The notes beneath the pieces were generated by a model. It was not told where the DNA came from and did no database searches. It saw only the letters and a list, made by a program, of their open reading frames with translations. DNA of 58,737 nucleotides from a virus (taxonomy: Duplodnaviria > Caudoviricetes), in the IMG/VR virus record IMGVR_UViG_3300037150_000108, positions 1 to 58,737 of that record; one strand, given 5' to 3'. Position 1 is the first letter of the stretch. The number at the start of each line of letters is the position of its first letter. Shown here in pieces: positions 46,901 through 54,600 of the stretch. The position numbers were made by a program, and so were the translations under genes.

Positions 46901-47500
46901 CACTTTTCCACCTTCTCACAGCGGGAAATCTCTCAGGAGGCGGCAAGACGGTGGAGTTTCAACGACGTCTCCGCCTACATCTGCAAGCGGATTTACCGCA
47001 CCGTGCCGAATCCCCCACCATTGCCTTTGGGGCCGGACGGAACTTCGCAGACAGGTTCTGACTTCTATGTCTCGCAACTTGCCTACGCGGCCAATGATCA
47101 GAGCGGCCTGATCAACGCCCGCACGCCCGGGCGATACAACGACAACGGCGCCGGAATCGATTGTAAGTACATGACCCAGAGCGCGGCCGACATGCAGAAA
47201 CAGTGCAAGCCCGAGGGTGTGACCATATCGATTGTTGGCCAGGGCGCGGTCAACGTGAGTTTTCTTGCTGGCAGACAGACCCTCACGGCAAACAAAGCAG
47301 ATACGAAGATTCTGCGGTGCACGCCGATGCAGTTGACTCCAAACGATGAGGACGACTTCACCCGCAGGCCGGACCGCAGGATCTCAACTTACTGGAAAGT
47401 GCTGCTGGACAACGGCGCACAGCCCGACGTGTGGTTCTCGGTCAAGAAGGCGATTGTTTACGTCATTCCCGTTCGGCAGGCGAGGAGCAGCAGCTCATGA
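43970..47500 (+). CDS. Tail nozzle (tubular protein B / P22 gp10-like) with inserted Ig-like repeats
   Basis: QDDPTNLP...CRNVDF N-terminus; beta-propeller-like C-half (GPCGPRAF, FVHRSGLYKYDG, MSKEI); three T.TN..GET...NVY repeats. Confidence 0.7.
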   Translation: MPTWAGTPVPIGRMLGQVDQDDPTNLPVGCAAVCRNVDFTRDATGAGLSATTRAGNSLIIQGVKSPGTGLIDFQYEPESADDPFFQQILRFSITGTLEREYPVGTGRMQPVPAGMFVPPTQSHKIDAQTANLVFSSYSDLKRSTAGCSGYNPKTLNLDPLGMKPYGWNWAPATYVYAGEVATPSISNSGQQGNGHTYQAQNSGWTATTAPGEPVWPLTEGGTILEAPVKAGQTPVEWKELTMVIANRLPQPDAPALALVSGGSFPANRTVSILLTFTNGMGETIAGATATVTTTGAGQAVDVTIPTLASLAGWLSQLVPPYSILGMNVYEADVPFGNPAPAQSSFELVGSFALGSTATVTATATGVAPPTLNSARITPGQLPAPIVEPVLTRISAGSTVAPPGAPGLSLLGSGGAWLYAPTFPINVFVLLTLTNSYGETTPGAISSIAVPGSVNSVEVSLAASYGPTVTGVNVYAAAVEPTVGIPLTSQFYLVGSFALGSTPVITFVDNTHAVPPLVNTATLPVGAFPGGRDIWVRLSYSNNLGETPVGPSNSILNTIANDAVLVTLSGVDTLPQLATINVYEADVATGAVEPPINAYALLGSFPVTALVFILQTADGKGPVTVNGTGPGGNIAADTADGGINATQGYRYAVPAWMNRNETVSGFTPAAASKYIVDEDGWEIAVFNVPIGPQNVIGRLINWTVADGTIDGPFAWVGQVNLQIPSVDQVYPNSFLSDGITIIPTVFLDNITTHGTFNFTDEFLTGSLSVAAGGNNTTDRLTLGPPPQSVRIDYSVTADALIHAGVAGWTSGLVISLRGDYESYDASGSYLPIRTNSGEVCWGIVEYRNQIYAMRERSGMVVVPGTGMPSTWDVVARWSAAKGNGVGPCGPRAFDCNGQFIIFVHRSGLYKYDGENAPDLMSKEIPRQWGSINWAAATTICVSIDDDTHTVRLQVPTGQSTVPNQEFCLSYLEGWLNPIHFSTFSQREISQEAARRWSFNDVSAYICKRIYRTVPNPPPLPLGPDGTSQTGSDFYVSQLAYAANDQSGLINARTPGRYNDNGAGIDCKYMTQSAADMQKQCKPEGVTISIVGQGAVNVSFLAGRQTLTANKADTKILRCTPMQLTPNDEDDFTRRPDRRISTYWKVLLDNGAQPDVWFSVKKAIVYVIPVRQARSSSS

Positions 47501-48297
47501 CCTACACTCCACCGGTTGACTATGACCTCATCGAATCTGCCATCAAGGGCAATCACGACTCCCTGCGCGTGCTCTTGCAGAGCTATAGCAAACAGATTCA
47601 GACGCTCAACGGTGCGACTGGGACCAGCGCAACCAACTCAAAGAACGTGGCAGCACCTCCGCAGGGCGCAATCAGCGTGCAGGGCGCGAACGGAGCTTTC
47701 AACTACTCGATCACGCCTCCGGTGCAGAATAATCCGACCGTGCTCTACCACCAGGTCAGTTACTCGCCCACCAAGACCTTTGCGAATGGCGTCGTGACTT
47801 TGCCGTGGTCGACGTCGACCTCAGGGGCAGTCAATGCGCCGGGGCAGCAGATGTTCTTTCGCCTGAAGTCCTCCTACAACACGGTGGTAGCCAATCAGCC
47901 TGTCCTGCACGGTCAAAGCGCAGTGTCTTCAGGACTTGTGTCGAGTGCGGCGATTGCCAACGGAGCAACGCTGGCGCAGACGAATATGGGCATCGTGACC
48001 AGCTCGCAGCAGTCCGGAACCGCGGCGATCAGCATCCACGGCGCTGGGGGGGGTCTGACCAGCCTGACGGCGCTCAAGAGTGGGGTGCAGTCGATCCTGC
48101 CGGCTGCGACCATCGTGGGTGCGGCGCTGGGTTCAAACAACTTCGTAGGCTACGATGGGAAGTCGTACCAGGTGAAGCCGACGCTCGGCGCAGTATTGCT
48201 CGATTCGCTCACGCCGATTGGCAAAGTCACCGTTGGTGGATCTGGCGGCGGCGGCGGGGCGGAGGCTGGTAACTCTGGAAGGATGACTAACGTATGA
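47497..48297 (+). CDS. Tail-associated structural protein
   Basis: ATGA overlap with nozzle gene; Ser/Gly/Ala-rich; FN3-like middle. Confidence 0.55.
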   Translation: MTYTPPVDYDLIESAIKGNHDSLRVLLQSYSKQIQTLNGATGTSATNSKNVAAPPQGAISVQGANGAFNYSITPPVQNNPTVLYHQVSYSPTKTFANGVVTLPWSTSTSGAVNAPGQQMFFRLKSSYNTVVANQPVLHGQSAVSSGLVSSAAIANGATLAQTNMGIVTSSQQSGTAAISIHGAGGGLTSLTALKSGVQSILPAATIVGAALGSNNFVGYDGKSYQVKPTLGAVLLDSLTPIGKVTVGGSGGGGGAEAGNSGRMTNV

Positions 48298-48638
48298 GTT
48301 GGGAAATTCAGAGTGAGTCGGTGGATTTGGCTGAGGGAACCCACAGGTTTCTGCTCATCAATCGGAGCGTGATCGACCGCTCAGGAAACGCTGCAACGCA
48401 TGAATTTACCATCATCCTGGGAAGCGGAGCGGACGGTAGTTCCTGCCCCCACTGCCAGCAGCCAGTAAGCCGAGGATTGAGTTTGGGCGAGGATGGCAGT
48501 TTGGCGCACCCAGAATTGGGGGAGTTGAAGCCTTTTGACATGGTGAAGGCCCACCTTGCGAAATTGGATGCTTTCCACGCCCGAATGGCAGCCTATGCGA
48601 AACGGCACGGCGCCACCGTCTACAAAGGGCCAAAATGA
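48294..48638 (+). CDS. Hypothetical protein
   Basis: ATGA overlaps; CPHC. Confidence 0.55.
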   Translation: MSWEIQSESVDLAEGTHRFLLINRSVIDRSGNAATHEFTIILGSGADGSSCPHCQQPVSRGLSLGEDGSLAHPELGELKPFDMVKAHLAKLDAFHARMAAYAKRHGATVYKGPK

Positions 48639-49069
48639 TGAAGGTTCGAAATTTAGAGCCGCGTGACCTTCCGCGCGTGTGGAGGATGGCAGCCGCGCAG
48701 AACAGACGCGATGGAACAAGCTACCCTGTCCCGGAGATCTTTGAACTGGACGAATCCAAGCCCGGATTCGGCAACCTAGTCCAGAACGTGCCTCTGGCGC
48801 TAGTCACAGAAAACAATGGAAGAGTCGTCAACTGCCATATTTTTACGCGAACCATAGAAGTAATGGGCTGGGGTGGAGGGCGTGACAATCACGAAATCTC
48901 TGCCGCCCACATTCCAATGGCCGCAGACTTTCTCAAACGCCGTGGCTATGACAGTTTGCTCGCTTTGGTGCCGAAACTGAGGGCAACAGATGCGCAAAGT
49001 ACACTGTTAGAGACATATGGGTTGCACCGGGTCGACAATCGCTTGGCAATGTATTTCAAAGAACTCTAG
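48635..49069 (+). CDS. GNAT-fold-like protein preceding ejection proteins
   Basis: MKVRNLEPRDLPRV N-terminus; position equivalent to podophage acetyltransferase-like genes. Confidence 0.5.
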   Translation: MMKVRNLEPRDLPRVWRMAAAQNRRDGTSYPVPEIFELDESKPGFGNLVQNVPLALVTENNGRVVNCHIFTRTIEVMGWGGGRDNHEISAAHIPMAADFLKRRGYDSLLALVPKLRATDAQSTLLETYGLHRVDNRLAMYFKEL

Positions 49070-49083
49070 GGGAGACGCCAGCG

Positions 49084-50148
49084 ATGAGTCGAGCGCAAGA
49101 GCAGCAGGTCGCAGATACAGCCCAAGGGCAGAACAAGACGTTCAATACGAACGCTCAGGACGCCTTTACCGGTGCGAATAACTCGATCACGGCGCAGCAG
49201 GGCGACGTCAATCAATATTCGAATCAGCTATCTCAGTTCGCCGCTGCGAATCCCTATGGTGCAGGTGGTGCTTTCCAGACGGCAACCAACACAGCAACGG
49301 CCGGAGCAGCCGATGCAGGGAGTCAAGCGGCAGCGCAGGCAGCGCAGGCAGCAGCAGTTAGGACCGGGCAGAACGCTTCTGGTGGAGTTGCAGCAGGAGT
49401 TGCAGCCGATCAGTCGAACACTCGCAACCTAATGACAGAGCAGGCTAAAGCCAATGCCGATCGCATCACGCAGGGAGCAGGGTACGGTGCCAAGGTCTTG
49501 CAGGCGTCCGAGGTTCCAGCGACGTTGCAGGGTGCAATCACCGGCGAGCAGGGCAAGCTGGCTACAGCCGAGGCAGATGCGGGCAATCAGTCATTGGGTA
49601 TTGACCAGAGAGCCTCAGATACTCCGAGCGAACTGGAATTGCTCCAGCAAGGAGTAATGAAGGCTGGTGAGGCGTTCGCCGGTGGCGCTGGAGCCGCTAT
49701 GTGTCCAGCTAGGGGGTCGCTGTATCTGATGGCCGATGGAACCGAGAAGGCGGTCGAGTCACTCGAAGTGGGCGAGTACATCGCCGGTATCGACGGAGAT
49801 TCGGTACTTATCGAAGAAATTCAGAGTGCCGAATCTCCAGTGTTGAGAATCGAAACTGACGATGGCCATGTACTGACCTGCTCACGAGTCCATGCCTTTG
49901 CACAGCCGGTAGGTGGATTTGTAGTGGCGATGCACTCGATGGGCAAGATGGTGCTTACCTCAAGCCGAAGCAAGATTGTTAGTGTAGACCCAGCCGGATC
50001 CGCCAAAGTATTCAACATCATCACGGACGGTTCGCACACCTACAGGGCAAATGGGATGTGGTCGCTGGGGGTCGGAGAAGCAGAGCGGCAGGTAAGCATG
50101 GATCGATGGAACTCCATCGGCGAGAAGATGGAGGCCGCTCATGGGTAA
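49084..50148 (+). CDS. DNA pilot / ejection protein with C-terminal Hint domain
   Basis: Ala/Gln/Gly-rich N-half; Hint from Cys at 49702: CPARGSLYLMADGTEKAVESLEVGE...LTCSRVH...KVFNI...HTYRANG. Confidence 0.75.
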   Translation: MSRAQEQQVADTAQGQNKTFNTNAQDAFTGANNSITAQQGDVNQYSNQLSQFAAANPYGAGGAFQTATNTATAGAADAGSQAAAQAAQAAAVRTGQNASGGVAAGVAADQSNTRNLMTEQAKANADRITQGAGYGAKVLQASEVPATLQGAITGEQGKLATAEADAGNQSLGIDQRASDTPSELELLQQGVMKAGEAFAGGAGAAMCPARGSLYLMADGTEKAVESLEVGEYIAGIDGDSVLIEEIQSAESPVLRIETDDGHVLTCSRVHAFAQPVGGFVVAMHSMGKMVLTSSRSKIVSVDPAGSAKVFNIITDGSHTYRANGMWSLGVGEAERQVSMDRWNSIGEKMEAAHG

Positions 50149-51688
50149 CGATTGGGCTGATGGTAGTGATCTTGCGCGCATGAGTCGGGGCGGCAACGTG
50201 TTGCCGGATATGGGCTACGACCCCGATGATGTAAAGATTAATCCGTCGATGCGGGCCGAGCTGATGCAGAAACTGGGCAGTCCCATGCAGCAGGTTCCCG
50301 TGCAGATGGCGCAGAACATGCCGCCGCCGCGTCCAGGCACTGACCCTGCCAGTCCAGCCAACAAGATTGACCAGAGTTATCTTCAGCACCCCCCGCCTCA
50401 GCCTGCAGCAGTTCCTGCGCAGCCCCTGCCGTCAACGCTACCCACACCGCAGAGCATGGCCGGCGGACCTCCGACAAGTTCATCTGTAAGCCCATCCGGA
50501 ACATCCACTCCGGCTGCTGCACCGATGTCATGGCAGGAACAGGCTGCACAGAAGACAGTGAATGAACGGCTTGGAGAGACGCTAACCCCTCCGGATACGA
50601 CGAAACTGGATGCAGATATCGCCTCGCGGAGCGTTCCGACAAACCCGCTCGGACAGACATACGCGCCTACTGCGATGCAGCGAATTGGCCGCGGAGTCAA
50701 GTCTGCGGTAGTTGGAGCAGCCGTAGGTGGAATACCGGGAGCGATCGTAGGAGCAGTCGAACCGGGAAAGATCATCGGCGGCAAGGACTACGGTGCTCCG
50801 AACAGTAAATATGGAGTGGCCGAATCGACTCGGAAGGCGACACTTGCAGCCGATCAGAAGCAAAGACAAGACCTTATCGACAAATTCAAGACAATGGCCG
50901 ATCTGCAAAAGGAGAGAAATACAACTCTCGCAGGAGTTGGCAAGACTACGCATGAGAGCTCCGGCGACGTAAACGTGGCGAACAAACTCCCGAATGAAAC
51001 GACGACGGCCAATGCGGACGCAACCCGAGCAGGAGCAGACCAGACGCGCGCAACGAACGAGGGCAACCCAAAGAACGAGCAGGAGGCACTTTCAAAGGCG
51101 TACACGACCGATGACCCGAAGGAAGCGGCGAAATACTTCAACATGGCGAAGGCTATGCACGCCGCGACGATCGAAGAGAAGCCGCCTCGTGCGCCTGGTG
51201 AGCAGCCAAGCGCCGGGTTGGTGGAGTTCAATGCCTTCTCAAGAGCTCGCCAGGGTGAAACTGGAAAGCCGTTGTCGTCCGATGACGTCCTGGGCTTTAT
51301 TCACAGGACTGACCCCGACGCACCTGAAGAGGTTGGGTCAATCGTGGCGCAGGCGATGGACGCCAAGCAAAAGTTTGCGGACAGTCTGACTCGCCAGCCT
51401 GACGGGACTTATCAGGATAAGGATGCCAAAGAGTACACAGCGCAGCAGTTCCAAGATCAGATCGACAAGATCGGGCGCTCGGACCCAAACACCAAGCTTG
51501 CGAAGAAGGGTTACACAATCGATGCGACTGGAAATCTGACGCCGACGCACACTTCGGCAGCGACACCGGCCGCCACCCCAGCTCCGGGCGCACCCAAGCC
51601 GCCGCGCCTCAATGAGGTGCGCAAGGGCTATCGCTACACTGGAGGAGATCCGGCCAGTCCTACAAGCTGGGCAAAAGTGAGGAAGTAG
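50141..51688 (+). CDS. Internal virion / ejection protein
   Basis: Pro-rich N-terminus; Gly/Ala hydrophobic stretch; C-terminal GYRYTGGDP..P.SW motif. Confidence 0.65.
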   Translation: MGNDWADGSDLARMSRGGNVLPDMGYDPDDVKINPSMRAELMQKLGSPMQQVPVQMAQNMPPPRPGTDPASPANKIDQSYLQHPPPQPAAVPAQPLPSTLPTPQSMAGGPPTSSSVSPSGTSTPAAAPMSWQEQAAQKTVNERLGETLTPPDTTKLDADIASRSVPTNPLGQTYAPTAMQRIGRGVKSAVVGAAVGGIPGAIVGAVEPGKIIGGKDYGAPNSKYGVAESTRKATLAADQKQRQDLIDKFKTMADLQKERNTTLAGVGKTTHESSGDVNVANKLPNETTTANADATRAGADQTRATNEGNPKNEQEALSKAYTTDDPKEAAKYFNMAKAMHAATIEEKPPRAPGEQPSAGLVEFNAFSRARQGETGKPLSSDDVLGFIHRTDPDAPEEVGSIVAQAMDAKQKFADSLTRQPDGTYQDKDAKEYTAQQFQDQIDKIGRSDPNTKLAKKGYTIDATGNLTPTHTSAATPAATPAPGAPKPPRLNEVRKGYRYTGGDPASPTSWAKVRK

Positions 51689-54600
51689 ATGGCCGACGCG
51701 GTGATGGATGGACCCTGGACCGACTACGCCGCGCCTGCCAAACCACAGGCGACTGATGACGGGCCGTGGGCTGATTACGCTCCGCCTGCACCTCCCAAGT
51801 CAGTTGCTGCAACGACACCCATCCCGGAGAACTGGCCTTCGCAGACTGACGTAGACCGCCCAACCTACTACCACGGCGATCAAGGCGCTCCGGTGGGCAT
51901 GGCGCAGTCTGGACCTCCTGGTTACACGCCGCCAGCACCACCCACGCCGAAGCCGCCCATGCCTGTCTCGGAGGGCTCGATGGGCATCACAGGGATGCGG
52001 CAGAGCGGGCCTCCGGCGTTTGCTCCCCCCTCAGTAACCTTCAATGCGCCATCGCAGGGCGGCGACAATGGCGGCAGAATTTCAACCATGCCGCAGGACC
52101 GAGTAGCCGGAACGCTGCAGATGGCTCCTCCCTCAGTCGATATGCGGTACGACACCAGCCAAGACCCTAGTGGGCAGAGCGATCCCGCCGCCCGCGCCGG
52201 GATGGTTGCGCAGATGGCACAGGACCGCGCAACCGGAACTACACGCAACGCCGCACAGTCCATGCAGAATAGGCAGGACTATGAGAATTGGTCATCCAAG
52301 CTCCCGCGCCTGGTGCCTGAAGATCATCCTCTGACTCCGGAGGAACATCAGCAGATTGCGGACTTGACTGCAAAAGCGCAGGCACATAAAGGCCCGTTCA
52401 CCCCTACGTCGCAAGAAATGGATTTACTTCGCCGCGATGCTCTGCAACGACCAGGCATTGCAGGGGCAGTTGAGATGGAGTTGAGGCAGAAGCTCTCAGA
52501 CTTTAGCCGTGTAGATCAGTTGGCTATGATAATGGCGCTCCCTGAATCCAAACTGGTAAGCCTCTACTTTGGTGGGCAGATGGCCGTAGGTGCCATGCAT
52601 GAGACGCCTGCGGCATGGGCCGCTTACCAACGTGGGCACAAGGAACTCGCGGCTAGATTGGCAACCGGGGCCATAGTGGATGCGGCAATGGCTGCACTGT
52701 CCGCAAAGCACGTTGTGGGCGATACTCCCGGCAAGATAATCAACTCGTTCGGTGCCGAGAACTGGCAGGGTGATCTCCAAGTTCCTGATGAAGATGGCAC
52801 ATCTGCCAAACCACCGATGCCGGGATCGCCATACGGCCCAACTAGGGCTGCATCCCCGCCAGTTGAGCATGGACCGTGGGAGGACTTCCGGCCAGCCGCT
52901 CCGGTTGCACCCGCCCCAGTACAGGACACAACGCGCACCTTCACCGCACCGGCTAATGCAGCGCGCCGACCAATCTCCGCAGATGTTGCCCCTGCCGCGC
53001 CGCAATCTGGCGTGAAGTTCGATACCGGGCCGTTCGACTTCGATAAGTTCGAGGGCCGTCCGGTAGTGCAGGGTTCAACCGATCCCGCAGCCATTCGAGA
53101 ATCTGCCAAAGCGCAAGAGAAGCCAACCGTAGTTGCAGTAGAGAAGGCTGTCGCAGAGGTGCCGGGTGCCGAGGTAGACGGTTCTCGCCTGAAGAATGAG
53201 GCCTCGCAGCAGAACAAAGCCGACCGCGACAAGCCTGTCGAGACGCAGAAAGACCATCTAGGTGTGCGAGTTCCAGCGGACACGCCTGAAGCTCAGACGG
53301 CGGCAGTGGGCAAGATTGCCGAGCAGATGCCTGTCGTCGGGACTGAGCCGCTGGACAACAATGGGCTGAAGGGCACGCAGGTCTTTGTAAAGACTGGCGA
53401 GGCTGGAGAGGCGAACCAGACCTCAGAGGTTCAGGTTGTGCCCACATCGCAGGTTGAGGCGATGAAAGAGACTGACCCCATGTATGACGAGCAAAAGAAG
53501 GCGCTTGCGGCAGGGGACACAGCCAAGGCAGAGGAGATCGGCAAGCAGATTCACGAGATTCACGACGCTGCGCTAAAGTCTGGTGGTGGTGTCAAGAGTG
53601 ATCATTCTGGTACACTTTCGCCGGAGTCAAATTCGGAGGGTGGAGGGGATCGCGGAGAATCGCCAGAGCCGAAGGAGGGCGGAGCAGACAACGCTCTTCC
53701 CTCCCTCGATAACGCAAACGCGAAAACTAATCAAGCAGAGCCTGTTCCCCAGGCGTCCACAGAGAGTAAGGCAGTACCAACATCAGAGAGCGCGACTGGT
53801 AAAAAGGTTGCCTCAAAGTACGATTCAGCGTCCACGCAAGCCAACTTGCCCGAGAACAGCCCTGCGGCGAAGGCTGTGCGTGCGATCCAATCGCAGATCC
53901 CGAAGCCTTACCTAGCTGGCGATGGCATTGTCCAGGACCTGCATGTAACTGTGCGGTATGGACTCAAAGCAGAAGAGATAACCCCCGAGCTTCGGCAGTG
54001 GATCGAATCCCAGACTCCATTTCAGGCTAAGTTGGGCGTCACAACCAGCTTCCCGCCAAGCAAATACTCGGATGGCGCATCTCCTTTGATCGTGCCCGTC
54101 GAATCTCCTGAACTGCATAAACTCAACGCCGAGATAGAGAAGCAGGGAGACTTTGAGCCTTCCAGCTTTCCCGACTACAAGCCGCACGTCACAGTTGCGT
54201 ACCTCGACCCGAACCAGGTCAAGAACTATGAGGGTACGTGGCTGGCGAATGGCAAGTCGTTCCCTATTGACTCGATCACCGTCAGCAAGCGCGATGGGAC
54301 CACTGAAGACATTGCGTTCAAAGGGAAGTCGGCAGAGGTTGCCCCAGTCAAGGCAGGTTCCACCGTAAAGCTCCCCGATGGCCGCATCGGGCCTGTGATT
54401 GCGCTCAAGCCGAACCGCAGCGGAGATGGCTGGATCAAGGTCGGGAGTGCAAGAATTCCCTTCAAAGCAGGCGAGGCGCAGGTAGTCGACAAGAACGCGC
54501 CAGTCGAGGGCGTGACATCGGGAACCCCTGGGCACGAAACTCCCAAGCAGGGTGCAATCGCCGTAGACCTTGACAAGACCCTCGCAGAGTACAAAACAGG

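Noticed and set aside
49702-50070. Canonical splicing intein
   Set aside because: Lacks terminal His-Asn followed by Cys/Ser/Thr and has no endonuclease; treated as a cleavage-type Hint
53583-53915. 110-aa +1-frame ORF as a third overprinted gene
   Set aside because: No SD plus ATG; Arg/Gln composition typical of an off-frame read
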